This document shows positions 35,505 through 44,743 of a stretch of DNA of 64,000 bases, one piece after another. Under the pieces are notes generated by a model, which ran no database searches, was not told the DNA's origin, and saw only the letters and a program-made list of their open reading frames with translations. The position numbers and the translations under genes are program-made. Position 1 is the stretch's first letter. Each line of letters begins with the position of its first letter. This DNA is from Candidatus Limnocylindrales bacterium (lineage in GTDB: Bacteria; Verrucomicrobiota; Verrucomicrobiia; Limisphaerales; UBA11358): positions 16,853 to 80,852 of the forward strand of contig DATNHM010000017.1 in NCBI GenBank assembly GCA_035604955.1, given 5' to 3'.

Positions 35505-36560
35505 TCAGGAAGTGAGTGGCAAACTAACGGTAACCGTCGTGAGCCTGGCCGGCGCCGACTCAATTTGAATGGTCCCTTTGTGCGCCGAGACAATCCATTT
35601 GGCGATGCTCAAGCCGAGGCCGCAACCGTCCACCTCATTGCTGTGCGCCGGATCACCCCGATAGAACCGGTCGAAAACGCGCGGCAATGATTCCGCCGGA
35701 ATGCCGGGTCCGGTGTTGGCAATGGTGAATTCCGCCGTGTCGCCAGCGCGCCGCAGGCTCATCGTTACGTGGCCCTGCGGCTGGTTATATTTGACGGCGT
35801 TGTCGGCGAGGTTCAGCAAAAGCTGGCGCAAACGATGACGGTCACCGCGCGCAGTGATTTCCTCACAGACGGTCAGTTCCACCCCGATGCCCTGCGGTTC
35901 GGCCAGAATCTGCGTATCGGCGAAATTGTCGCGCACGAGTTCGTCCAACCGGACCGGTTCCAGCTTCAAGGCAACCTGGCCCGCGTCGGCCTTGGCCAGC
36001 AACGTGAGGCCGTCCACGATGCGCGCCAGGCGGCGCAATTCATCGAGCAGGCTGGCGGCGCGCTCGTGTTCGGCGGCGGAAAGTGACTCGTCGCGCAGCA
36101 TGGTTTCGGTTTCGCCGCACAGAATCGTCAGCGGCGTTTTGAGTTCGTGCGAGGCGTGCAGGGTGAATTCGCGGATACGATTGAAAGAGTCGTCGAGCCG
36201 CGCCAGCATGGCGTTGAACACTTCCGTCAGCCGGTCGAATTCATCGCGGCTGCCGGTGCGCGGGAGCGGTTCGCGCAGATTGCGTTCGTGAACCCGGGTG
36301 ATGGCCTCCGTCAATTTGGAGACGGGCGTCAGGGCTTTCCGCGTCAACCACCAGCCACCCAGCAACCCCAGCCCGACCGCGGGCAGACCCACCTCGAAGA
36401 CCATCTCGCTGGTTTCGGAAATGGCGTGTTCCGTCGGCGCCCGGCGATGGGCGTGACGCAACTGTTCGTCAATTTCCCGGTAGGTTCCCACCCCGATGAT
36501 GAGCAGAAACACAGTCAGAACGCCGGCATACCACAAAGTCAGGCGCGTGCGGATGGTCAT
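35505..36560 (-). CDS. Sensor histidine kinase (CusS/CzcS-like layout: TM-short loop-TM-HAMP-HisKA-HATPase_c)
   Basis: RLTLWYAGVL N-terminus, H-box HASHELKTPLT, N box LLLNLADNAVKY, and G boxes TIANTGPGI and GCGLGLSI. The loop between the two TM helices is only ~30 residues. Confidence 0.85.
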   Translation of the reverse strand: MTIRTRLTLWYAGVLTVFLLIIGVGTYREIDEQLRHAHRRAPTEHAISETSEMVFEVGLPAVGLGLLGGWWLTRKALTPVSKLTEAITRVHERNLREPLPRTGSRDEFDRLTEVFNAMLARLDDSFNRIREFTLHASHELKTPLTILCGETETMLRDESLSAAEHERAASLLDELRRLARIVDGLTLLAKADAGQVALKLEPVRLDELVRDNFADTQILAEPQGIGVELTVCEEITARGDRHRLRQLLLNLADNAVKYNQPQGHVTMSLRRAGDTAEFTIANTGPGIPAESLPRVFDRFYRGDPAHSNEVDGCGLGLSIAKWIVSAHKGTIQIESAPARLTTVTVSLPLTS

Positions 36561-37231
36561 GCGGGCTCCTTCAGCACGTAACCCGCGCCGCGCACGGTGT
36601 GGAGCAGCTTGGGTTCAAAATCCGCGTCAACTTTTTCCCGCAGGCGTTTGATATAAACGTCCACGAGATTCGTGCCCGGATCGAAATCGTAGTCCCAGAC
36701 CTTTTCGAGAATCATCATGCGGCCGCATAATCGGCCGGCGGAGTGCATGAGAAATTCGAGCAACCGGTATTCGCGCGCCGTCAGTTCGATGTCCTTTCCG
36801 CCGCGTTGCGCCCGGTGGGTGACCGTGTCCAGCGTAAGGTCGGCCACGCGCAGGACGGTGGATTTGTTCTCACCGCTCCGCCGCGTCAAGGCCCGCACCC
36901 GCGCGACCAGTTCGGCCAGCTCAAACGGCTTGGGCAGGTAATCGTCCGCGCCGGCGTTCAGGCCTTCAACCCGTTCGTTGACCTCGCCGCGCGCGGAAAG
37001 CAGCAGGACGGGCGTGGTATTTTTACGTTCACGCAACTGGCGCAGCACACTCAGGCCATCGCGGCCCGGCAGCATGATGTCGAGCACGATGCCGTCGAAG
37101 GGGGTGACGCGCGTCGCGGCCAAGGCGTCGTCGCCGTTGGGACAGACATCCACGGCGAAGCCTTCGGCCTGGAGCGCCTTGCGAACAAATGACGCCGTCT
37201 TTCTTTCGTCTTCAACCACCAGTACGCGCAT
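36557..37231 (-). CDS. OmpR-family response regulator
   Basis: Receiver MRVLVVEDE...IVLDIMLPGRDG plus a winged-helix output (LTAREYRLLEFLM...RGAGYVL). 4-nt overlap with the kinase gene. Confidence 0.9.
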   Translation of the reverse strand: MRVLVVEDERKTASFVRKALQAEGFAVDVCPNGDDALAATRVTPFDGIVLDIMLPGRDGLSVLRQLRERKNTTPVLLLSARGEVNERVEGLNAGADDYLPKPFELAELVARVRALTRRSGENKSTVLRVADLTLDTVTHRAQRGGKDIELTAREYRLLEFLMHSAGRLCGRMMILEKVWDYDFDPGTNLVDVYIKRLREKVDADFEPKLLHTVRGAGYVLKEPA

Positions 37232-37276
37232 GACAGGAATTAAAGCACTTTTATGAAGCGGAGCGAGCGCTTTTCG

Positions 37277-37912
37277 CTAATGTGGCGCCTGGCCGTTGGC
37301 CATGCCCACCAGGTCCTTGTAGGCTTCCGCGAAGGCTTTGGCGTTTACCTCGTCTATTGAGTAAGGGGCCAGTCGTTCGATGAGCCGAATGCGGGCCATA
37401 ATCAACGACCAATCTGTCGGGCCGGGGTGATGCGGATCAGACAAGCCGGTCTCGTTCAAGTCTTCAATCAGATCCTTGCGTTCTTCGGCCGGCAGGTTGG
37501 AATCGTCAATGGCGCTCTCCCAGTAAGCGTCGGCTTCAGGATCCGTGCCGACGCCATACAAGGCCACGCGCGCCATGGGATCATGGACCTCGTAGCCGTT
37601 ATACGACAGGCCTTGGTCTGCCGGTGCCTGGACTGCCTGCGGCTGGCCATTGGTTGAGACATCCGGCTTTTCTGGCGGTACTACGGACGCGGTTTTGGCA
37701 GACCGGCTGGCCGCTGCCGACGGCGAAACTTTGGGCGCGGTCGCAACCGGCGCTGAGATGGCAACAGGACGTCCCACATTCGCGGCCAGGCGCGATTTGG
37801 TTTCGCGATCGGCCTGGGATACCGGGTGATGTCTGGCAATTAACATGCCGGCGACGGCCGCCGCAATAGCAACCCATAGTCCCCCGAAGAAAATGGTTTT
37901 TGTCGTTTTCAT
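37277..37912 (-). CDS. Hypothetical membrane-anchored protein (211 aa)
   Basis: N-terminal TM helix, a low-complexity Ala/Pro/Ser linker and an acidic C-terminal domain. 4-nt overlap with the upstream gene. No family recognised. Confidence 0.55.
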   Translation of the reverse strand: MKTTKTIFFGGLWVAIAAAVAGMLIARHHPVSQADRETKSRLAANVGRPVAISAPVATAPKVSPSAAASRSAKTASVVPPEKPDVSTNGQPQAVQAPADQGLSYNGYEVHDPMARVALYGVGTDPEADAYWESAIDDSNLPAEERKDLIEDLNETGLSDPHHPGPTDWSLIMARIRLIERLAPYSIDEVNAKAFAEAYKDLVGMANGQAPH

Positions 37913-38637
37913 GTTCCGTCATTGTGTCTGGTTTCGTCTGTGACCTTCACGGTTTGATGCAAGACGAGGGAGAGTTGGGCATCCGGTTCCACTTCCTTCA
38001 CACAGCCCACACCGGGCGCGTAATACTTGTATTCCGTGTCGCCATCGGAGGTCTTTTCCTTGATCTTCACACAATGCGGGTAGGTTCCCGCCGGCACGGT
38101 CACGGTCTCGGAAACGGAATCCACCTCGTCTGCCTCCCACGTGATCTTCGGCACATCTTCGGAACGAAACCGGTCGCCGACCTTCGGATGCGCGGGCATC
38201 AGGACGCCGGGTTTTTGCGTGTCCTTGCCGAGTAACCACGCGCCGGAATGGCCAATGACCTTGCCGTTTTTATATTCGTCCACGTCTTCGCCGAGGTAAT
38301 AAACCGTGCCGTCGTCGGCTTGCGCGAAATAATCCAGTGTGACTTCGGCCAGTTTGCCACCGGCATATTCGCGGTCCTCCACCGCCAGCGCCTCTACCGT
38401 CTGGCCGCCAATGGTAAAGATCTTGTGCACGTCCGGTTTGGCCGTGCGCTCGACCCGCTCACCGTTGCTTTCGAGAATGTCCTGCTTCAACGAGGCCAGC
38501 GGCAGATACGCATTGGTAATTTCTCGTGGATGAGAAAACTTTAACGCCAGTGAGTTGCCGGCTGCGGTGGCGTTGAAACCGCTGGCCACCACCAGTGCGG
38601 CCACCGGCATGATTTGAACAACGGTCAGCTTTTTCAT
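37909..38637 (-). CDS. Secreted hypothetical protein (242 aa)
   Basis: Signal peptide MKKLTVVQIMPVAALVVASGFNATAAG. No family recognised. Confidence 0.55.
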   Translation of the reverse strand: MKKLTVVQIMPVAALVVASGFNATAAGNSLALKFSHPREITNAYLPLASLKQDILESNGERVERTAKPDVHKIFTIGGQTVEALAVEDREYAGGKLAEVTLDYFAQADDGTVYYLGEDVDEYKNGKVIGHSGAWLLGKDTQKPGVLMPAHPKVGDRFRSEDVPKITWEADEVDSVSETVTVPAGTYPHCVKIKEKTSDGDTEYKYYAPGVGCVKEVEPDAQLSLVLHQTVKVTDETRHNDGT

Positions 38638-38728
38638 AAATAAAGATCAATGATATTTGCCGCCGGTAACCCTGTCGCCGGCGATCCGTTTCGCCGGCGA
38701 CGACCGGATTGGTCGACGGTGTCGGTGT

Positions 38729-39061
38729 CTAATTCTTTTCCTTTACCTCCTGCTCCGGCGCTTCTTTTTCGACGGAGACAATCACGCCGGTGATGGCGTC
38801 CACATTCACTTCGGTGATGTCTTTGGCGTCTGGCGTGGTGAGGTCGAACGACCAGATCAGCTTGCCGTGTTCCTTTTCAATTTCGCCTTCTTTCACGACA
38901 CCGTTGGTCACCTGCGCCAGGGCGGTTTTTTCGGCGTCCACCCTGGCAATTTTGGCCTTGGCCTCAAGCCTGGCCTGTTTGTTTTGCTCTGATTTCTCCG
39001 ACGCGCAGCCGGCCAGTAATCCGGCGGCCAGCGCGACACAGAGGATGGTTTTAATTTTCAT
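38729..39061 (-). CDS. PepSY-domain lipoprotein
   Basis: The likely start is ATG 39061 (MKIKTILCVALAAGLLAGC lipobox). ...AEKTALAQVTNGVVKEGEIEKEHGKLIWSFDLTTPDAKDITEVNVDAITGVIV fits the PepSY pattern. Confidence 0.7.
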   Translation of the reverse strand: MKIKTILCVALAAGLLAGCASEKSEQNKQARLEAKAKIARVDAEKTALAQVTNGVVKEGEIEKEHGKLIWSFDLTTPDAKDITEVNVDAITGVIVSVEKEAPEQEVKEKN

Positions 39062-39184
39062 GTGTTTGTTTTTCGATTCATTCAATCCGGTAATTTCCGG
39101 ATCGTCCGCCAAATCATGAAGCAGCCGCATGAACTTTCCGTGAAGCGCGAGTGACAGTGTTGTCATCTAACGGGGCCGGAATAA

Positions 39185-40573
39185 TTACTCATACCGCAGC
39201 GCCTCAATCGGATCGAGCCGTGAAGCTTTCCATGCCGGATAAAATCCGAAAACGATTCCGACGGTCACCGACACGGCAACGGCAGCAATGATGGCCGGCA
39301 CGGACGGCATGGTCGGCCAATGCAACAAGGCCGTGACCGTGAGCGACACCCCGCGTCCCAGCAAAATTCCGGCAATGCCGCCGGCCAGACAAAGCGTCAC
39401 CGCCTCCACCAGAAACTGTCGCAGGATGTCCCGCGACCGCGCGCCGACGGCCATGCGCAATCCAATCTCCCGCGTCCGCTCGGTGACGGACACCAGCATG
39501 ATGTTCATGATGCCGACGCCGCCGACGACCAGCGAAATCAGCGCGACGATGAGGAGGAGTTTGGTCATCACACCGCTGGTGGAAGCGAGCGCCTGTGAAA
39601 GTTCGGTGAGACTGTGAATCCGGAAATCGTCCAGCGTGCCGGGTTGATTGTCCAGCTCGCTGGCCTGAATATGATGCCGCTCACGCATCAGGACGGTGAC
39701 CTGGCGGAGGGCCTTCGGGATGTCCTGCGGTGAGTCGGCGGACATCCAGATGTCGTCTATGTCCGAGAACCGCGTCACCTGCGGCGTGTCGGCAGCCTGA
39801 ATCGCCGATTGTTGCGGATAAAGTTGCACGGATTGATTTGGATAAAGCTGGTTGAGAGAATTGACCCCGCCGGATACGGCCGCAGCGCCCGCGGACTGGG
39901 TGGCTTCCCGGACGCCGGTCACGCGAAACTTGATGGTCGTCCAGGGGGCGGCGAGGAAGTCATCCTGGTCCTGCCCCATCATGTTCGGCCCTTTCCGCCT
40001 CAAGACGCCGACGATTTTCATTCCGACATCCTTGACGCGGATTTCCTTGCCGAGGGGAGATTCGCCGCCGAACAACTCCCTGGCGATGGTCTGCCCGATG
40101 ATGCAAACAGCCGCCGCACTGCGCACATCCTGTTCCGTGAAGCATTCTCCGGCGGCAAGCGGCCAATTCCGAACCACGAGGTAATCCGGCGTGGTACCGA
40201 GGATCCGGCCCGGATTCCAGTTGCGATTGCCGTAAATGATCTGGGTACGGCAGTCCACACTGGGGGCGACCCATTTGATGGCGCTACAATTCTCGCGGAT
40301 GGCGTCGGCGTCCAAGGGCGTGAGGGTCGGCCGCCCGCCGGCGCCGGAATTGATGCCGGCAATCATCATGTGCGCGGGGTCCATCTGGATGACATTGGCG
40401 CCCAGGCTGGCAATGGTCTGCTCGATGGAATAGGAAGAACCGCGCCCAATCTCCATCATGGCGATGACGGCGGCGATGCCGATGATGATGCCCAGACAAG
40501 TCAGCACCGAGCGCATGACATTGCGGCGCAAGGCACGCAAGGCCATTCGCAGGGTTCCGTGAAAAGTATTCAC
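39185..40573 (-). CDS. MacB-type ABC transporter permease (MacB periplasmic core domain + FtsX); no ATPase domain
   Basis: N-terminus [28 protein letters not shown], a large periplasmic domain, and a C-terminal FtsX 3-TM bundle ending PIEALRYE. Confidence 0.85.
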   Translation of the reverse strand: MNTFHGTLRMALRALRRNVMRSVLTCLGIIIGIAAVIAMMEIGRGSSYSIEQTIASLGANVIQMDPAHMMIAGINSGAGGRPTLTPLDADAIRENCSAIKWVAPSVDCRTQIIYGNRNWNPGRILGTTPDYLVVRNWPLAAGECFTEQDVRSAAAVCIIGQTIARELFGGESPLGKEIRVKDVGMKIVGVLRRKGPNMMGQDQDDFLAAPWTTIKFRVTGVREATQSAGAAAVSGGVNSLNQLYPNQSVQLYPQQSAIQAADTPQVTRFSDIDDIWMSADSPQDIPKALRQVTVLMRERHHIQASELDNQPGTLDDFRIHSLTELSQALASTSGVMTKLLLIVALISLVVGGVGIMNIMLVSVTERTREIGLRMAVGARSRDILRQFLVEAVTLCLAGGIAGILLGRGVSLTVTALLHWPTMPSVPAIIAAVAVSVTVGIVFGFYPAWKASRLDPIEALRYE

Positions 40574-40579
40574 GCTCGT

Positions 40580-41848
40580 TCAGCGCCTGATAAAATGGGG
40601 CAGGAACGGATTTTGGGTTCCCCCCGGCTCCGGTCCCGTGGTTTCACCCGTGACGACCTCTTCACCCTCTTTCAGATTATCAGCGGTGACAGCGGTGCTG
40701 GAACCGTCCGAAGTTCCGACCTTCACCTCAACCGGCCGGACGAATTCGCCATCCTTCAACCAGATGACGCCTTTGCTTCCCCTGGCGCCTTTGGCGCCGG
40801 ACGGATTGTCGGCTGGCGGGTCAACCGGATTTTGTGAACGCGCGTCGGCCGCGATCTCGGTGGGCGACGATGGCGACCAGCGCAATGCCGCATTGGGGAC
40901 CAGCAGGGCATTGGTTTGTTTGCTCACGGTGAAATCCACGTTGGCGGTCAGGTAGGGCAACAAGACCTTCTCCGGGTTCTCCGTGTTCACCACCACCGTG
41001 TACATCACCACGTTTTGCGTCATGGTGGCATTCAGGCGCACCTTGCCGACCGTACCCTCGAATCGCCGGCCCGGAAAGGCATCGCAGGTGAAGGTCACGG
41101 GGGCACCGGGCTTGATCCGCGCAACGTCCGCCTCGTTCACCGCCACCCAGATTTGCATTTTCGTCAAATCCTCGGCGATGAGGAACAGGCTCGGCGCGTT
41201 GAGGCTGGACACAACGGTCTGGCCGATGTTCACGCGGCGGTCGATGATGACGCCCGTGACCGGCGATTTGATGATGCAGAAATCCAGGTTCCGCTGCGCC
41301 TTGTCCAAATCGGCTTGCGCCTGCGCGATACCCGACCGGGCGACGGAGACATTGGCCCTGGCGACTTCATAATTCGCCTTGTCGGTGTCGTAATCCACCT
41401 GCGACATCAATTTGTTACTGAACAGCTCTTGCGCGCGTTTCCATTCCGCCCCGGCCTGGTCGAGCTTTGCGTTCATCTGTTCGAGATTCGCGGCGGCAGT
41501 CAATTCACCCGCCTTGGCGACCGAGAGATCGGCGGCATAAACGGAGTCGTCAATCTTCGCCAACATGGCCCCCTGCTCCACCACCGAATTGTAGTCAATC
41601 GTCTGGCCGTTGATGTCCGTGCCGAACGTGGTGATGCGCCCGGCGACTTGCGCGCCCACATCCACCGTTTCACTCGGTTCAATGGTGCCGCTGGAGCTGA
41701 TGGTGGCCGCGATATCGCCGCGCTTTACAGTTGCCGTGAGGAAGGATAACCTCGAATTACCCCGCGCATGCCACCACCAGATCCCCGTCCCCAGCATCGC
41801 GACGACGATAACAGCCGCGGCCACCGGAATTTTCAAAAAGCGTTGCAT
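40580..41848 (-). CDS. MacA-like periplasmic adaptor (HlyD family membrane fusion protein)
   Basis: TM anchor, coiled-coil hairpin (AKAGELTAAANLEQMNAKLDQAGAEWKRAQEL...) and beta-barrel motif SPVTGVIIDRRVNIGQTV. Confidence 0.85.
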   Translation of the reverse strand: MQRFLKIPVAAAVIVVAMLGTGIWWWHARGNSRLSFLTATVKRGDIAATISSSGTIEPSETVDVGAQVAGRITTFGTDINGQTIDYNSVVEQGAMLAKIDDSVYAADLSVAKAGELTAAANLEQMNAKLDQAGAEWKRAQELFSNKLMSQVDYDTDKANYEVARANVSVARSGIAQAQADLDKAQRNLDFCIIKSPVTGVIIDRRVNIGQTVVSSLNAPSLFLIAEDLTKMQIWVAVNEADVARIKPGAPVTFTCDAFPGRRFEGTVGKVRLNATMTQNVVMYTVVVNTENPEKVLLPYLTANVDFTVSKQTNALLVPNAALRWSPSSPTEIAADARSQNPVDPPADNPSGAKGARGSKGVIWLKDGEFVRPVEVKVGTSDGSSTAVTADNLKEGEEVVTGETTGPEPGGTQNPFLPHFIRR

Positions 41849-41995
41849 GAGTCACAAAAGTTTTGTTAAGTCCGAGACAAACAGCGTTCGGGGCGGGGCC
41901 TGTTTGCCACGGTGTTCAGCCTGCTCCGACGCGCCACCGGTCGGCTCCATCGGCAGCCGGCGCGCAAACGAAAGGCGCTGAAGCTACGTTGCCAG

Positions 41996-43030
41996 TTACT
42001 TACCCGCAGACTCCTCCATCCCGTAAACCAGAATTTTGAAAGTGCCGGGAACCATCCGCGGGCGCCGCTCGCCTTCGGCCGGCGCCTCGAATTTGGCGGT
42101 AGGCAGGTAAATCCTGTGTGTCGCCGGGTCCAGCGCCATCGTCCGCGCGCCTGGCTCGGTTTTCAAAACCTGAACGACGGTGAGTTTGTCCGGCGACTCT
42201 TCCTTCGCAATGGTGACGGTCGCGGATCGGCCGCACGAGGCAAACGCCAACTGTGTGCCGGGGTCAAATGCCGCGCCATCCACGCCTTCGCCGATGGGCA
42301 CGGTCGCGAGCACTTTCCCGCTCGTGCTGTCCATCATCACCATCAACCGGTTGTCGCAACCCATGAATAGGCGATGATTATTCGGGTCAACCGCGATGCC
42401 CGACGCAGACTCGCCCGGCGCAATCGGCCAGCGGTTCACGACTTGATGCGTTTTGGTGTCAATCGCGGCGACTTCACTTTTGTCTTCGAGGTTGTCAAAA
42501 ACCCGGTTGGATTCCGGATCGGCCCCGGCAAACTCCGGTTTGCCACCGAGCGGGATCGTGGCAACCACCTTGCCCGAATCGGCGGCAATCACCGTCGCCG
42601 ATTGGCCGCGCCCGTTAAACGCATAAACTTCATTTTGCCCTGGCTCAAAAAGAATCGCGTCCGGATTGGGGCCGGTATCCACCTTGGAAATCGTCTGCAA
42701 TGTTTTCAGGTCAACGATGCTCGCCTTGGCCTCCCGGCCATCGCTGACGAACCCGCGATTCAATTTCGGCGCGACGGCAATGTCATGAACGCCGGGTGTG
42801 TTGGTGATTTCGCCGATAACTGCGTCTTTGGCGAGATCAATTACAACCACCCGGGTTGCGTGCGAGACGTAGAGGCGTTGCGCCGCCGAATCAACGACCA
42901 GGCCGTCCCAGAAGCCGTCACTGCTGACGGGGATTTCCTTTATGAAATGATAAGGCCCATCAGCGCGGCAGACTGCCGCCGTCAGGAGACCCAGAATGCC
43001 GAACAACACCAGCTGGGAATATTTCTTCAT
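41996..43030 (-). CDS. Secreted YncE/YVTN-type seven-bladed beta-propeller protein
   Basis: Signal peptide, then repeated ~40-aa blades (RLYVSHA..VVVIDL, RGFVSDG..ASIVDL, EVYAFNG..ATVIAA, RVFDNLE..VAAIDT, RLFMGCD..MVMMDS, ...). Confidence 0.75.
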   Translation of the reverse strand: MKKYSQLVLFGILGLLTAAVCRADGPYHFIKEIPVSSDGFWDGLVVDSAAQRLYVSHATRVVVIDLAKDAVIGEITNTPGVHDIAVAPKLNRGFVSDGREAKASIVDLKTLQTISKVDTGPNPDAILFEPGQNEVYAFNGRGQSATVIAADSGKVVATIPLGGKPEFAGADPESNRVFDNLEDKSEVAAIDTKTHQVVNRWPIAPGESASGIAVDPNNHRLFMGCDNRLMVMMDSTSGKVLATVPIGEGVDGAAFDPGTQLAFASCGRSATVTIAKEESPDKLTVVQVLKTEPGARTMALDPATHRIYLPTAKFEAPAEGERRPRMVPGTFKILVYGMEESAGK

Positions 43031-43278
43031 ATTTTTGTATGCGCTTGAGTTTTTGGTTGGATGGTTGCGTTACTTTTTATGTTTCAATGCCATGCCGTCA
43101 ATGTTCATCTGCTTTGAGATTATCAGCCCCTTCATGAAACAAAACCATAATGAACGTCGGCTGAATCGCACATGACAATTCTGTCATCTGCAGTCACCGT
43201 CGCCAGGCGAGTTTCCTGGGAAAATTACGAAAATAATGCTCGACCCTCCCTCATCATCACGGTAAAGCTTGCCTCCCT

Positions 43279-44085
43279 ATGAAATCCACGCTCAAATTTT
43301 CCCGCATCCGGATTTATTTCGCGTTTTTCTTTGCCCTGCTTTTGTTGGCAATCAGCGGAAGCATCACCATCCTCGCCCAGGATACCATCACTACGGCGGC
43401 GGTGTCGGATGTATCGCAGTATCCGAAGGATCCTTCGCTGCTACCGGGCAAAGGGCCGGCGGCGACCTGGAGCGGACTGCCAAAACTTTGGGCGCAACGC
43501 CATGCCGAGTGGGCGCGGACGGCCGCCCGGGACAAGGGAGCGGTCGTGTTTTTGGGAGATTCCATCACGCAAGGCTGGTACTCGCTGGCCAACGCCTTTC
43601 CCAACCTCAAGGTTGCCAATCGCGGCATCGGGGGCGACACGACGCGCGGCGTATGGTACCGCCTGAAAGCCGACGTGCTGGATCTGGATCCCAAGGCCAT
43701 CGTGCTGCTCATCGGCACCAATGACATCGGTAACGGCGCCAAACCGGAGGATGTGGCGGACAACCTTGCAGCCATTTTGCAGGAAATAAAGAAATTCAAC
43801 CCCCATCTCCCGGTCATCGTTTGCGAGGTGATGCCGAGGAGCGATCGCGGCCAGCATCCCGCCGACCGAATCGAGAAACTCAATGCGCTCGTCGCCGCAG
43901 CGATTAAAAACGACCCCCAATTCGCACTGTGCGACACATGGAGCATTTACGCCGATAAAAACGGCGATTGCCCGCAGGATGAATTTCCCGATTTGCTTCA
44001 CCCCAACGCCATCGGCTACGAAAAATGGCAGGCGGCCCTCAAGCCAATCTTTGCGAAATTAAACCTTGAAACCAGGGCGCCCTGA
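43279..44085 (+). CDS. SGNH/GDSL-family hydrolase (secreted)
   Basis: Block I FLGDSITQGW, block II GIGGDTT, block III IGTNDIG and block V DLLHPNAIGY. Confidence 0.8.
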   Translation: MKSTLKFSRIRIYFAFFFALLLLAISGSITILAQDTITTAAVSDVSQYPKDPSLLPGKGPAATWSGLPKLWAQRHAEWARTAARDKGAVVFLGDSITQGWYSLANAFPNLKVANRGIGGDTTRGVWYRLKADVLDLDPKAIVLLIGTNDIGNGAKPEDVADNLAAILQEIKKFNPHLPVIVCEVMPRSDRGQHPADRIEKLNALVAAAIKNDPQFALCDTWSIYADKNGDCPQDEFPDLLHPNAIGYEKWQAALKPIFAKLNLETRAP

Positions 44086-44730
44086 TCAGTTTTCCGTCCC
44101 CAAGGGCAAATGGGCATAGACGGCAATCGCCTGCGCGCGCGAACGCACGTGAAGTTTTTCGTAAATCCGCCGGATGTAAGTGTTCACGGTTTGCACGCTT
44201 AACTGGAGCGAGTCGGCGATTTCCTTGTAAAGAAAGCCGCGCGCCAGCAATTCGAGCACCTCCTGTTCGCGCCCGGAAAGGTTGGCCGCGCCGCCCGGAC
44301 CGGCCATCGGCCGGCAAAAAGACTGCACTACTTTCCTGGCAATGCTGGTGCTCATGGGCGAGCCCCCGGCGTAAACCTCTCGCAGGGCGATCAGCAACAT
44401 CTGGCGCGGAGTTTGTTTCAGCAGGTAACCACTCGCCCCCACTGCCAGCGCCTTGAAGATATGGTTGTCATCCTCGTACACCGTCAGCATGACAAATTGG
44501 GTCTGGGGCAGAATCGGCTTCAAACGGCGGATACACTCGATGCCGTTCATTCCCGGCAAATTGATATCCACCAGTACAACCGCGGGTTTTTCCCGGGGCA
44601 ATATCTCCAGCGCGCTCTCGGCATCGCCATGCTCGCTGACGACCTGAAAACCCTCCGCCCGACGAATCCACTCAGCCAGGATTTCCCGGGCCGGCACGTC
44701 GTCTTCGATGATGGAAACGGTGATACTCAT
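44086..44730 (-). CDS. NarL/LuxR-family response regulator
   Basis: Receiver (IIEDD...VLVDINLPGMNG) plus a LuxR HTH (LSGREQEVLELLARGFLYKEIADSLQLSVQTVNTYIRRIYEKL). Confidence 0.9.
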   Translation of the reverse strand: MSITVSIIEDDVPAREILAEWIRRAEGFQVVSEHGDAESALEILPREKPAVVLVDINLPGMNGIECIRRLKPILPQTQFVMLTVYEDDNHIFKALAVGASGYLLKQTPRQMLLIALREVYAGGSPMSTSIARKVVQSFCRPMAGPGGAANLSGREQEVLELLARGFLYKEIADSLQLSVQTVNTYIRRIYEKLHVRSRAQAIAVYAHLPLGTEN

Positions 44731-44743
44731 CTCATTTCATTTT

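Noticed and set aside
29856-37231. Calling the RND/OMF/MFP + RR/HK block a copper/silver (Cus) or Czc heavy-metal system
   Set aside because: Only the kinase N-terminus and the operon order are Cus/Czc-like. The pump N-terminus looks generic AcrB/HAE-like and the kinase lacks a periplasmic metal-sensing domain. The substrate is left open.
44083-44088. Convergent SGNH hydrolase and response-regulator genes whose stops abut as the palindrome TGATCA, leaving no intergenic terminator
   Set aside because: The observation is real, but it is probably just compact convergent packing. Nothing suggests a specific function.
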